Assembly (NCBI RefSeq): GCF_006345805.1
Contig: NC_043007.1
Span: forward strand, 2,294,001 to 2,358,000
DNA length: 64,000 bases
Direction of reading: 5' to 3'
Origin: Octopus sinensis
Lineage: Eukaryota
Below, in pieces: positions 1 to 13,821 of this stretch. Position numbers and translations under genes: made by a program. The notes under the pieces are model-generated. The model was not told the origin of the DNA. It did not search any database and saw nothing but the letters and a program-made list of their open reading frames with translations. How positions within the stretch are numbered: position 1 is the first letter of the stretch; every line of letters starts with the position of its first letter.

Positions 1-279
1 ACTGTCTTCGTAGACAAATGAAGAGCTTATTTGTCTTTTGATGAGAAGTCAATAAACTATGAAACATATCAAAGCAATTTTGTTTGGCTTTTCTTTCTGT
101 GTAAGAAGTTAAAACCAAATGGTATTTACATCTGCGTAGAGTTCTAGGGGAAAACGGTTTCAAGAAAGTGAAGTTTCTCTACTTTAAATGTATCTTGCCT
201 TTTTTATAATGCGAGCTGTCTTATGCACAAATATTCATAAATCGATATATGTAGACACATGACACACATACACACGCGC

Positions 280-395
280 GCACACACTCAAACTCACACA
301 CACGTACATACACACATATGAATGTATATATATATATATATATATATATGTATGCATGTATGTATGTATGTATGTATGTATTATGTATGCATGTA

Positions 396-435
<40 letters not shown>

Positions 436-522
436 TGTATATATGTATACATACATATATGTATATATATATGCCTGTATATATGTATACACACAAACAT
501 ACATAGATATATGTATATATAC

Positions 523-553
<31 letters not shown>

Positions 554-648
554 TGTATGTATGTATGTATGTATGTATTATGTATGCATGTATATATGTA
601 TATACACACGAACATACATACATACAACATACATACATACATACATAC

Positions 649-692
<44 letters not shown>

Positions 693-700
693 TATATATT
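280..700. repeat. Compound microsatellite (TA)n/(TATG)n/(TACA)n
   Basis: Directly visible di- and tetranucleotide runs; source of the YIYI/MYVC ORFs. Confidence 0.97.
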
Positions 701-903
701 CCTCACAATCTGTAAAATCCTAATTGGTTGATATACAGGCTAGTTTACCCATAGCATAATGATTTCTATATGCCAAATAGCTTAATAAGTTATTATTTGA
801 CTTCATATCTCTGATATATTCTATTTTTACAGCTATCATGTATTAAAACGTCACAAATTTGGATTTTTTGGGCTTAAATTTACATTAATATCAAATGGCT
901 ATA

Positions 904-1122
904 AGGCGGCGAGCTAGCAGAATCGTTACCGCGCTGGTTTCGATACTGATCAGCGACGTTTCGTCTGTCTTACCGTTCTGAGGTCAAATTCCGTCGAGGT
1001 TGATTTTTCCATTCATCCTTTCGGGATCGATAAAATAAGTACCATTTAACTACTGGGGTCGATGTAATCGACCTATTCCTCCTCTAGAATTGCTGGCCTC
1101 ATGCCAACATTTTAAACCAATG
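904..1122 (+). mobile_element. tRNA-derived SINE, family B (short-tail variant)
   Basis: Head AGGCGGCGAGCTAGCAGAATCG, box-B-like GGTCAAATTCC, shared core CATCCTTTCGGGATCGATAAAATAAGTACC; many similar copies in window. Confidence 0.85.
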
Positions 1123-1537
1123 TTAACTTGATATTATGCAAGTTTACAACGATGGATAAGAGTAGATGTTTATTTAATCGATAGCTGAATCCTTTCGGTG
1201 CTAACATTTACTACCAGACAAGTAATTTTAGATAAAAATCACCAGAAAAATCAATCAAATATGGTCGTCTCTTTCCGTGTCATATTTTTGTTATAAATCT
1301 TCAGTAGTAATTGCAGAACAATGACATAAGTTTCAAGATGAACGGTATTGAGTGAAGGAGTGAGATTTATGACTCTGATGGAATGGTTCATGGACATTTC
1401 TGTAAAGACAAGCGAAACTTCATTAAATGTTTAACTATAAAATAGAAAGCAGAGGGATCTCGATCATGCGAGTTTTGTTAAAAGAATTATTGAACTTAAG
1501 AACTTCTTAAAGAGGGTCTCAATACTTTCTGAGTCCA

Positions 1538-1767
1538 AGGCGGTTAGCTGGCAGAAACGTTAGCACGCCGGGCGAAATGCGTAGCCGTATTTCGTCTGCC
1601 ATTACATTCTGAGTTCAAATTCCGCCGAGGTCGACTTTGCCTTTCATCCTTTCGGGGTCGATAAATTAAGTACCAATTACGCACTGGGGCAGATGTAATT
1701 GACTTAATCCGTTTGTCTGTCCTTGTTTGTCCTCTCTGTGTTTAGTCCCTTGTGGGTAGTAAAGAAA
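1538..1767 (+). mobile_element. tRNA-derived SINE, family B, full length
   Basis: AGGCGGTTAGCTGGCAGAAACG head, GAGTTCAAATTCC box B, tail CCTTGTGGGTAGTAAAGAAA; matches copies at 23121, 37965, 51130, 59653. Confidence 0.92.
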
Positions 1768-2064
1768 CATAAAAGAATCATTGAAGCAAATCATTAAAAG
1801 GAATCTTATACGATAATTATCGAAGGATGCGAGAGGTTTGCAACGGAAGGGAACATTGAAAGAAACGGGCAATTGTCATGGGTGTGAGGCTCAATGCATT
1901 GAAGAAGTTTGCTTCCAGTCTCGGATCGACCAATTGCCTGTGGGTGAAAAAGGTAGATAGAAATTATATGGAAGACTTTATATATATATATATATATAAC
2001 ATAAATAATATATAAACATATGCATATATACATATATGTACATACCTATATCTATATATATACA

Positions 2065-2148
2065 TGCATATATGGGTACAGGACACCCCAAAAAATGTTG
2101 AACACAATGAGAAACGAAAACATAAAAACAAAAACATGGAAACGAACT
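2065..2148. repeat. Short piece of a purine-rich dispersed repeat, same family as 31160-31495
   Basis: GGGTACAGGAC...GAGAAACGAAAACATAAAAACAAAAACATGGAAACGAAC shared with 31165-31226. Confidence 0.8.
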
Positions 2149-3149
2149 TATATATATATATATATATATATATTGATTGATATTGATTCTAGTTTCAGCT
2201 CACGAGCTGTGGCCATGCTGGGGCACCGCCATATATATATGAACACGTAGTTGACTACTACTGAAGGGGACAGAATCGCTCTAAACATATTGAGAAATTT
2301 ATATTAAAGAGTGAAACGCATTTTCTCAATTTCCAGGAAAAGTCAAGGGAGTCGTAAATAATACGATGTCTCACTTTGGGACTCATCAGTATGATATAAC
2401 TTTAGACTTGAAATTTAATGAAATACAAAGTCGACACACGTGGGATTTAAATTTTGAAGAATACATAGATATATCAAATTCATCTATTCATATACTATCA
2501 GTTTAGAAAGCGTTATTCTGTACGCGTCCAGGGGAAAAATCACATAACAATGATCATACTTTGACTGACCGAAACACGATGTGAATGCTAATATTTAAAG
2601 AAAATATTTCAAACTTTCATTAAATTTAGGCTAATATTCTGAAAAAGAAATTGTAATCTTATATTTCATTATTTTTAATTTGTTTCCTTTTTCTTTCATC
2701 AAACTTTCAAATTGATAGATTTTGATTTTTAAACATATTAATGTAATATCTTTTAATTATTCTTCCTTTTCGTTTACAAAAAGAAGCGGAATTTAATTTT
2801 TGTCTGAAATTTACGCATTTCTTTAAATTTTAATTAACTTATTTCCGTCCTTCCTTTGGAGCAAGAAGAAAACTATGAATTATAATTTTTCTTCAAAATA
2901 TTAGGTCTGAAACACATTCATATCATTCAGCATTTGTTTACAAAAATTGAAAATATTGTATTTAATTTGTTTACTGTTTGTGTGTGTTCTAAAATTAAAT
3001 ATTCATAAATAATTTATGCTAGAAATGTAATATATAATGCTTGGAAGAAAAAAGTATTTATCGGAACTTATGTGATCAGACATGGCTTGCTTTTGTAGAA
3101 TACATCTCTGTAATAATCTGACATGGGGGCGGAGCAATATCTTTACCTT

Positions 3150-3273
3150 GCACACTAGACAATATACATACATACATACACCATACGTAGGTACGTAATA
3201 CATGCAAGCACGCACGTATACATACATACATACATACATACATACATACATACATACATACATACATGCATAC

Positions 3274-3305
<32 letters not shown>

Positions 3306-3520
3306 TATATATACATACATATATATATATATACATACTTACATACATATATAAATACATACATAGATACATACATAAATACATACATACATACATATAT
3401 ACATAATACATACATACATGCAGGCATACATACATGCATACATACATACATGCATGCATACATACATGCATACATACATACATAATACATACATACATGC
3501 ACACATACATGAATACATAC
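3150..3520. repeat. (TACA)n/(TA)n microsatellite
   Basis: Directly visible. Confidence 0.97.
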
Positions 3521-5346
3521 GACGAGTGGCGTATTTGGCGTGGGAGACTATCTATCGAAGATACGATGAATACTATCTCCAAAATTTTGGGGCCACAGCT
3601 ATCAGCCCTGTTAAATAACTGGTTAATCTTCAGATGAATTAACTGAGGGAGTCTTTTATTCACGATCGCAGTGATTTTCGACTGGAACCTGAATTTACCA
3701 TGGATGGACACGACATCAACAACAACACAATCGAGGAACAGAACGAAAGCCCAAAGTGTGGGTTTTGTTGCCCTAGTAATCACAGCTTTCGAGATAGGGG
3801 TTGCTAACCTAGTCCACTCACTTCCTTGCCTCTTTTTACATGTCCCTAAAAATTTGGAGCCAATACAACCCCATCTAGTGCCCCTTGACTCTTTCCAATC
3901 TGAAAATGAGACAAACAAACTTTTCGCATTTCAGCTTTATAGATATTGAGATACACAAATACGCGTCAAACTAATACCCTTGCTTATTGGTCATACACCT
4001 GTCTTCGTCAATTATTTTTCTATAAATTTCAACTATATATATATATATATATATATATGGGTATGTGTGTGTGTGTGTGTGCGGGCGCATGTGTGCGTTC
4101 GTGTGTCTGTGTGTGACAAACAAATGCGGCGTGGTATTGGAATCCGTATGGGCAGCCTTGCTTTATCAGTCTTTTATTCTTCCCTGATATCTGAAGAATA
4201 CTCAATAAACGAAGTCTTGGCACAATATAATCGAGTGAAACTTTATAAAAGTGGACCCACAATGATTGCAGTAATGAAGCATATAAAGAATTCTATAACC
4301 CAATTCTTCTCTTACCGTTAAACTCTGTGTTGACCAATTAGGTTTGTTTTAAATAAGAAATGTTTTATTGCCAATTTTAGCAGCGCATCAACTCACCAAT
4401 GTCTTAAAAGTCTCATCAAATACTGGGTAACTAATCAACTTCATAGCAACTCATTAAATTTTGTGAACTAATTTAACTTTAATATCAGTTACTCTAGGAA
4501 TTTTTCAAATTTAGAAATCAGTTTAAAGTTTTAGAAAGCTATGAAGTAATTATTCAAATAGTTACTGGAATTAGTTAATTTCTTTTTACAAATTCCGGCA
4601 AGAAGAGGAATAGATCTTTTTTTTTCTTTTTGATTTCACCAAATAGAACATATTACATAGCGAGTCATAATGAACACGTGATTACCTTCATGATAATAAT
4701 GTATCAGCTATGGCTACTACAGATTTAACAGGAACACGAAAAAATATTTTCAGACAACAATTAGATTTCATGTTATCTAAAAAAAATTCCCCCTAATCGA
4801 GATGGATTTTTGTTCATTTGAAATTTGTTAAACATTTTCATCGAAATGGAATTTTTGTTCATTCGGACTTTTCGTCTTTCTAATTTCATGACTATTTTGT
4901 TCCTTTACATCCATTTTACTGTTTTGTATATTCGTTTTTTTTTCTATTTAATATCCGTTGTTTTGATGCTTAAATAATAACGAAAGTTTTGATTGTTTAA
5001 AGTTTAAAACTCTATTTTTTGATAATCTTTTTAGGAATTTTCTGAATCTGATGTTGTTTCAAAGCCATTTTGATATTTACATGTGTTTTACAACTCCAAA
5101 TCTAATTTGTCTATTTATTAAATCTTATGACGTCTCAATTGTTTTTTAATGCCCAAGTAATCTTCTTTCAAATTTTGATTACTGAAAGTTTTCAACACTG
5201 ACATTCTTAAATATTTAATAATTTTATTTCTCATCTTTAAAACAACAAATTTTAATTCTGCACACTAAACAAAACTGGACTTTAATATACGAGGAAAATC
5301 TCACTTACATATTTACTTCCAAGTAAAGAGTAAACAGACACAGACC

Positions 5347-5900
<554 letters not shown>

Positions 5901-5905
5901 TTATA

Positions 5906-7213
5906 CGAAATGGTATCAAAAAGTTCCCGTCCTCGTTCGATTTAATAAAAAATAAGTTATTTACTTTAAGTTTTAACATAACCCCCTTCGAAATAGTCAC
6001 CTTGCGCAGTAGTGCACCCGTTCCAGCGTTCCTGTCACTTTGGGAACCCGGTTTGGAAATCGTTTTCCTTAAGCAAGTTGGGCACCTTCTGCGATTCACT
6101 CTGGATCTCCACAACGATGTTAAAACGGCGACTTTGAGCCGCATTTACTTCTTGGACGAGAGGTGAAAGTCCGCAGGTGCCGAATGGGCGGATACGGAAG
6201 CAATACCATTTTGTTTTTTGGGGAGAAGCTCACGAGTGAGGCGAGCTCAGTCCCTGTGTGCATTGTCGACGTGAAGAATCCAGTTCTTTGCGCTCCACAG
6301 ATCCGGTCGTATTCGCCGAATGTCCTCCCTCAGACGATTCAAAACTTCGCAGCAGAATTTTTGGTTGACGTTCTGCCTCACCCCCCACCGCAAGGGGTGG
6401 GGGGCAAATTCTCGATGCAGATGTCGAAAAATACTACGAGCATGCTCTTGATTGAGCTGCAGCTCTGTCGTGCCTTCTTCGATCGGGTGCTGAAGGGTTT
6501 TTTCCGTTGTGACAGCCGCTGTTTCGTCTCAGGGTCGTACCCGTAGACCCAACTCTCGTCACCGGTGATGATACTCGACATGAAGGATGGGCCATCGGCG
6601 GAGATCTTGACGGAGATCTCTACACACTTCGACGCGATGGTCTTTCTGCTTGGTGGTCAGCAGGCAGGGTACAAACTTGTCAGAAACACGTCGCATGTTC
6701 AATTCAGACGTTAAGATTGCCTGCACGGATCCATACGACAGACCAACAGCACCAGTAATATTGTTGATCCTCATGCACAGGCTGAGGAATTCTTTCCACA
6801 TTTCCAGGTGTGATGCTCGTGGTAGGTCTTCCAGACTGTTCATCGCCTTCTAGGGACGTCCTTCTGCATGGGAAGCGCCCGTGCCCCTCGAAACATTGCG
6901 TACGACCTACTGCCTCGTCGCCAATCTTACCACAGCATGCTCAATGTCTCTGTACCAGACCTCTCAAGTTTAACGCAAAATTTCACGTTGGCTTATTTGT
7001 CCCAGGTCCTGCTCATGATAAAATCGCAGACTACAGCTGACACATGATCACAAAAACACAAATTTCACAACTTGCGATGTAAACACAGCGCTTTCACCCG
7101 ACGCACTGTCTCCTGAAGGCGAATGCTGCTGGCTCTCACAGCGCACACAACCATGTGTTGTCATCTTTTGTCGCTCTACAGAACGAGTATGGGAACTTTT
7201 TGATACAATCTCG
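5906..7213 (-). mobile_element. Full-length decayed mariner DNA transposon (~1.3 kb)
   Basis: ~31 bp imperfect TIRs (CGAAATGGTATCAAAAAGTTCCCGTCCTCGTTC vs rc CGAGATTGTATCAAAAAGTTCCCATACTCGTTC), TA on both sides, internal transposase relic. Confidence 0.93.
5980..7015 (-). pseudogene. Mariner transposase (DD34D-like), frameshifted
   Basis: Motifs across frames: ANVKFCVKL, EQSGRP, KFVPCLLT, IITGDESWVYGYDPETK, KSMLVVFFD, WILHVDNA, APADF, near-terminal (G)DYFEG. Confidence 0.9.
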
Positions 7214-7814
7214 TAAATGTATGTATATACAACAGCCACAATTACAACAAATTCATTCGTTTGTTTGTTTGTTTGTTCTGAGCATTTATATTTTAACTAT
7301 TTATTCCTTTCTATACGTGTATTAGAATAGAAACTAATGAAACTTCGAGAGAAAACTTCAGTTTGACAAGTGGTACAGTTTATTTTGTCCTCCTCTGATA
7401 TCTATGAAATACTCGATAAAGGAAGTCGACGATAGCCAGACGATACCAGCAAATCTGAAAATATAAAAGCGCACATACATACTTCACACACTTATAGGCA
7501 TGCACATACACACACATACATACACACACACAAGCATACACATATACGCATATTTCATACTTATATACCTACTTCACATTCTACATATTTCAGACACACA
7601 CATGCACACACACAGGCAGAGACAGGCAGAGACAAGGAAAGCACCACTTGTATTTGAACACTATACAAATATTCTTTAAAAAAAACTTTTCTTTTAATTT
7701 TTCTAAATTTAATTGTTTGCCATACTTACAGTTGAAAAAGTCTCAATGACTGAAACCGGTACTGACATGTTTTTTTATAAAATTATTTTAGCATTTTCTA
7801 TCTTGACTTTCTTT

Positions 7815-7849
<35 letters not shown>

Positions 7850-7859
7850 TATATATATA

Positions 7860-7919
<60 letters not shown>

Positions 7920-8099
7920 CGGAGAGAGAGAGAAACGGAGAGAGTGCGATGTTCATATGATAGCTTTTTTTAAAATAAGGAATATTAGACGATATAAAAA
8001 CAATCGTTTCTCGGATCTCTATGGATACAATATAATGATGTTAGCAATACAGTGCCCACAATATGTTTTCTCTGCTTTTAGGTTCATCAAAATTCGGAT

Positions 8100-8900
8100 C
8101 GCCTGATTGGATACGAGTGGATATACGGGCCATTAATGTGAAAGTACAAAAATTAATCGTTGATTATCACCAGACACCTTTATTTTATTAGTTGTATCTA
8201 CTTAAAACGTAAACAAGGATGTAGAAGTTTGATATTGATTTAGACAGCTGATGAATTCTGCATCATGTTATTTCGGCATAATCTAGTGAGCACCGATCAC
8301 CGAAGTGTATCCATGGATGAAGAGTAGATAAGTGGGACAAATAGCGTTCGTTGTAGAAGTTAGGGAAACATTCCCCCAATGTACTGACAGCCAAGGACAG
8401 AATTATTGACAACCAACACAGCTTCAGATGACAGGGTTTCTGTTTATCGACAGACGATCATGCAAAATCACGTTACCAAAAGACTTCTGAATGATAGTCA
8501 CATAGATAACGAGAGTTGTCTATCTTGGATCAGCAACGCTTATATCAGATCGGATATGCTTTTGTAATCCAGGCAAAGTAAATCACTACAAAATGCCCGC
8601 TGCACAAAGCAGACAGGGACACATATTAAGTACCTAAGCATGGTTAAACATGCAAACTATGAAAGTAACAAGAAAAATACAACCTATTTTATTAGTAGCT
8701 GTGCGAAAATGAAATCCACATAGGATGTACGAATGGTTTAAGATGCAGAAACTAGAACAGGAAATGCATTTGTCAGAGAATAGTCAAGTATGTCAAAAAG
8801 AAGTTTCAATAAAGAATAATCCTGGAGATCAGAGGAGTAGTTACAGTCATAATATGACTGAATATAAAAAAATTCGTGGAACGGTCCAATCAAAAACACT
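8100..8900 (+). mobile_element. Possible highly decayed non-LTR retrotransposon fragment
   Basis: Coding-like composition with broken frames and weak resemblance to RLE-type LINE C-termini (e.g. TTYFISSCAKM); by-eye impression only. Confidence 0.25.
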
Positions 8901-9197
8901 CCAAAATGTCAACTCAAAAGAGCAGTAGAAGAAACCGATCGGATGACTTTTAGATAATGATAAAAGAAAAATAAAACATTTATCAGCAAACAGAAATGAA
9001 TGGTAAAACTAGAAGAAATATAGAGGATGGAATGAGTTTCTTATAAAAGGTGGAGTAGAATTTTAAAGGAAATAAAGGTAAGACGCATAGAAAAGATCCT
9101 AACATGGATGTAATCTATGTATGGTAAAAGGGGGAAGACAGAAGTGAAAACAATATCTAAATATGGGTTGATTCAATATTTGTCAGTGAGAATAGAC

Positions 9198-9589
9198 TTC
9201 TTTTCTACTCTAGGCACAAGGCCAGAAATTTTGGGGGAGGGGGCCAGTCGATGAGAGTGACCCCAGCACCGAATTTATCGACCTCGAAAGTATGAAAGGC
9301 AACCAAAGTCGACCTCGGCGAAATTTGAACTCAAAACGTAAAGACAGACGAAATACCTATTTCTTTACTACCCACAAGGGGCAAAACAGAGAGAGGACAA
9401 ACAAAGACAGACAAACGGATCAAGTCGAATATATCGACCTCAGTGCGTAACTGGTACTTATTTAATCGACCCCGAAAGGATGAAAGGCAAAGTCGACCTC
9501 GGCTGAATTTGAACTCAGAACGTAACGACAGACAAAATACCGCTAAGCATTTCGCCCGGCGTGCTAACGTTTCTGCCAGCTCACCGCCT
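9198..9589 (-). mobile_element. Head-to-tail dimer of family B SINEs (two tail variants)
   Basis: Two successive ATCGACC(C/T)CGAAAG(G/T)ATGAAAGGCAA cores; junction near 9357. Confidence 0.88.
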
Positions 9590-10578
9590 AGTGAGAAGAA
9601 GTGCCTGATATAGTTATGACAAGTAGATTATCCTGGGGACTGAATGCATATGAAAAAAGCCAGATCTATGAAACTCGATATTTTGAGGAGGCCAAGGTTT
9701 GTAAGAATCAGACAGAATAATGTAAAGCATAACAATATGAGGCATTAAGATAAAAAATTCCTTTTGAAGGATATCAATAAATAAGTTTAAAAATACTATC
9801 TTTTCAAAACTTTTCAATATTCTCTATTATCAAATATTTAATTTCAGTAAAGTTAAAATATCATCAGTTGGTGAGATAAGAACAGCAAAAATATTTTTAT
9901 CACTGTTAAAAGAGATGTTAGGTCTGTTTCATATAACATGAAAATTTCAAAATATTCAAATCTTTTCAACTTAAAAAATATAACTGAGTCAGGGAAGCTG
10001 AATATTTTGAAAAATATATATAATTTTGTTTTAAATCGAAAGTTAATAAAAAATAAAAAATAAAAAGTCAGAAAGAAAATGTGAAATAAAAATCTGGTAA
10101 AAGACATAACATTTTGATAATGTAAATATGAAACGAAATATCTTGAGGCGGTACAAATAAAATCCGTGTTTTGTATCTGAAACAAATGTATGAGTCTGAA
10201 AGAAATAAAGATACTAACAGGGCAAAGAAAAACAGATTTAGAGAATTACGTTATATAAGTAGTTTTGGGCATCCAGGGTCTGAACTTGAGGCTAAACAAG
10301 ACAGCGAAGGCAAGTATAGTAATAAGGATTCTATACCATACATATGTAAAAAGAGATATTGAATGTAAAACTCACTATGCACACACAAGCACACACATAT
10401 ACACATAAATATAGTAAGAAAAATGTAAGTATTCAATATCATTAGTTCAATAAATATAAGTTCACTTTCGAGGCTTTCGTCGTAAATGTCTGACTGACGT
10501 TAAATAATAAACTGTCAAGGCATTAACTACCGCTGTTTACGACGTTGTAAATCTTCTCTTGTATCTCACCCCAGTACG

Positions 10579-10692
<114 letters not shown>

Positions 10693-10738
10693 AGTTTGAA
10701 AACGCCACTATATAAGATAAATTTTAATATTCTTAGAA

Positions 10739-10783
10739 ATTTTACATGTTTCGGTTCTTGAAAAAACGAACCTTATCAAAAAT
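10739..10783 (-). ncRNA. Decayed minimal type I hammerhead fold in PLE pLTR region
   Basis: rc: ATTT TTGATAA GGTTC gttttttcaa GAACC GAAA CATG TA AAAT; stems I/II and palindromic ACAUGU intact, core has C3U and G8A. Confidence 0.55.
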
Positions 10784-10789
10784 ATTTTA

Positions 10790-10990
10790 AAAAGTTAAGT
10801 GTAATAAAAGAGTTCATAATTGTTTCTTACTGGTCTCAACAGAATCCACGTGGTGGTGTTTTGTCGGTAGTAAGCATAATAGCTGTAAGTTTAAAGTTGA
10901 GTGTAATAAAAAAGTTTATAATTGTTTCTTATTGATCTCAACAGAATCCACGTGGTTGATTTTAGCTGTCTTATGTGTCCGAATGACCAG
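10790..10990. repeat. ~100 bp imperfect tandem repeat (2 units)
   Basis: GTGTAATAAAA..ATAATTGTTTCTTA..TCTCAACAGAATCCACGTGG occurs at ~10799 and ~10901. Confidence 0.9.
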
Positions 10991-10994
10991 TTGC

Positions 10995-11230
10995 TGAAAT
11001 GGCAGTAGCAGCAGTGACTGTTGGTCGTAGTAGTAGTAACCGTGGTGGTGGTTGGGGTTGCAGCAGCTCATTAGTTGTAGCAGCTTAGCTGTGGCAATAG
11101 CAAGCTGTGGCAGTAGCAGCAGCAGCAGTAGTGGAGGACTGTTGATCGTAGTAGTAATAGTAGTGACCATGGTGGTTGTAGTAGTAGTAATAGTAGCAGC
11201 AGTCGTAGTGATCGTGGTGGATGTGGTAGA
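10995..11230. repeat. Degenerate trinucleotide repeat (AGT/AGC/TGG)
   Basis: Directly visible; gives poly-Thr/poly-Val ORFs. Confidence 0.9.
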
Positions 11231-11289
11231 ATTCCATTTTTCTTTTCGGAAGACCAATGTATTGTTTTAATATTCCTGGCCCAAGGTGT

Positions 11290-11957
11290 TCAAACTTGGT
11301 CCGAAGTTTCTAATGAAATAAAGTTCTTTATTTTGACGTTGAGTGAAGGTACGCTGTCACTGAATTTGTAAAGTGGGCAAGTTGTGAATTTGGGATTTTT
11401 ATTTGAAGCACATCTATCTATGTGTCCGGTGACTGGTATTTTCCTGTATTCAGGATTTCTAATTTGGGATTTATGCACCGCCATCCTTTTTCGTAAGCTG
11501 TTTTTGTATGGCCTATATACTGCCTATTGCACCCTGCGCATGTTAAGACGTAAATTAAGTCTTCTGATGCACAGGTGAAGTTTGTTCTGATGGTAAACTG
11601 ATGGCCTTGTTCTAATGTGAATTCTGAACCTTCTACCAAGATGACACAGATTCCGCAGTTGGGCTTTCCACATTTTCTAACTGCTGATTTTGTGGTTGTT
11701 GTTGAGTGCAGTTTAGCTTGGGTTAAAATCTTTTTTAAGGATTTTGGTTGCCGTTTACTTTTAATGATGGTGTGTGTTTCCAGGATCCGGTTCATCTTTG
11801 GATCTCCCTTTAGTAGGGCTATGCTTTGTAGTATGGTGTTGAAGGCCTCATTGTTAAGTGGGTTGTGTGTAGAGATGTAAGGAAGGGTTTTTAATTTTTC
11901 CTTCTTTTTTGGTTTTGTTTGTCTCAGGTCTTCTATACTTAATTTAAGTGCTCAGGC
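11290..11957 (-). pseudogene. PLE ORF C-terminus: RT thumb/linker and GIY-YIG endonuclease, one frameshift near 11480
   Basis: LPYISTHNP...SKRQPKSLKKILT; CGKPNCGIC; FTCASEDLIYVLTCAGCNRQYIGHT; then HKSQIRNPEYRKIPVTGHIDRC - the CxxC-GIY-YIG-H layout typical of PLEs. Confidence 0.92.
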
Positions 11958-12497
11958 GCAGGAGTGGCTGTGTGAAGGCACGGAAGTGCCGTCTCGCCGA
12001 CATGCCTGAGATGCGGGCAGGACAGAGAAAGGAAGGCTTGCTTTTTCTGCGTAGTAGCCATACTGAAAGAAACAGTATGGAAGACGCGTGTGAGAGTCAG
12101 TGTCGAGTAACTATGTATCCGGCTAGGGGTTGGTTAATTTTTTAGTTACCACCTCAGTAATAAGATAAGGATGGAGAAAATGTATCTGTCATGAGACAGA
12201 TTCATGAGAAGATGGAAGCCTGTGGCGAGGAAGCTGGGAGTGTTAGGCACCAGGTAAGTGGAAGCCAAAAACAGGAAAGGAAAAGCAAGGGGTTTGCCCC
12301 GGTGGCTGGATGCCTATCCTTCAGAGAAGCCATTGCAAATTTCATTTGTAATGAGCAACGCTTAAGTCAAAAGTTATAAACATATTTATTAAATTATTGT
12401 AGATTTTAAATTGTAAATATTTAATCGCTACAGCTTTTATGTTTGTCTGTTCTTGCTCGTCCCCTTTTTGTAATGCCTTCATGGTAGATATTTATGT

Positions 12498-12660
12498 AAT
12501 AAAGTAGGTTGCTTTCCAACGTCATGGCTCCGGGTTCAGTCCCACTGCGTGACACCTAGGGTATGTGTCTTCTACTATAGCCTCGGGCCGACCAAAGCCT
12601 TGTGAGTGGATTTGAAACGGAAACTAAAAGAAGCCCGCCGTATATATGTGTATGTGTGGT
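12498..12660 (+). mobile_element. tRNA-derived SINE, family A (CORE-like), partial
   Basis: GGGTTCAGTCCCACTGCGTG...GTGTCTTCTACTATAGCCTCGGGCCGACCAAAGCCTTGTGAGTGGATTTG. Confidence 0.88.
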
Positions 12661-13657
12661 GTGTGTGTGTGTGTGTGTTTATGTGTGTGTGCGCGCGTGT
12701 GTGCGTGTGTGTGTGTGTGCGTGTGTGTGTTGTGCGTGTATAAGAAACAAGTTAAAAATGATAGTCATAATATATTTTTCCTTTATTGGCTTACAACTGT
12801 TTCCGCTAGTCATTATAGGTACGTTACTACGTTAGTGATAAGCTTACTAATCAATCAAGAATAGCTGAATGATCTAAAAATATTAATGCTACATTCATCA
12901 GATCCATTTTTCTCAATATATTTCTGGTTACATGTGTGTGTGTGTGTTTGTGTGTGATAGAGATATAGATGGAAAACAAAACAAAAGCACGTGACACCAG
13001 GTTTACGTCGTTTCATTACTAAGGAAACGCGTAAAATAATAGAATAAGTAAACATTTGCTGAACAGAAACTCCTGTTTTGCTTTGTATCTTTACGATGTG
13101 AGCGATCCAGCTGTGAAATCTAATCAACGGAAAGTCGGACTAATTCCAGCCCCCCCCCCCCAGCATCCCAGCAACCCAGCATCCCTACGTCTCTTTGGTA
13201 TATAAGGAATACACAGTGAGTTCTAAGTATTAGTAACTTAGGTAATTTAAATGTAAAACTCACTATACACACACAAGCACACACACGCACACACATACAC
13301 ACACACATATACACACGCTTATATATTACATATATATTATATATATATATATATATATATTGTTTTGGTTGTATGTATGTATATATATTATCTTGTGTGT
13401 GTTGCTACTGTGAGTTTCGCCCGTGGCTGTACACAAACATCAGTCATGTTATAATTTGTCTCGAGATCTTGCGCATAGCTGGAACTCAGAGTAACAAGAC
13501 ACTGACTCGAGCAAAATAGAATAAAATATTAATCTCTGCGATGGTACGAATTACACTTTTGCCGACAGTTATCCATACATATATACATACATGTAGATAC
13601 ACTCATATAACATATATACATCATGCATACATACATACATACATACATACATACATA

Positions 13658-13699
<42 letters not shown>

Positions 13700-13821
13700 T
13701 ATAGATGTGTATGTATGTGTGTGTATGTATGTACTTATATATATATAATAAATATATATATATATATATATATACATATATATTTGTATATGTATGTGTA
13801 TGTATGTATGTTATATATATA

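Noticed and set aside
10916-11270. Poly-Thr / poly-Val ORFs as mucin-like or membrane proteins
   Set aside because: Degenerate trinucleotide repeat inside the PLE 3' region.
12190-12260. Perfect donor AG|GTAAGT after RWKPVARKLGV (death-domain-like look)
   Set aside because: All frames upstream are closed within ~60 nt and there is no good acceptor.
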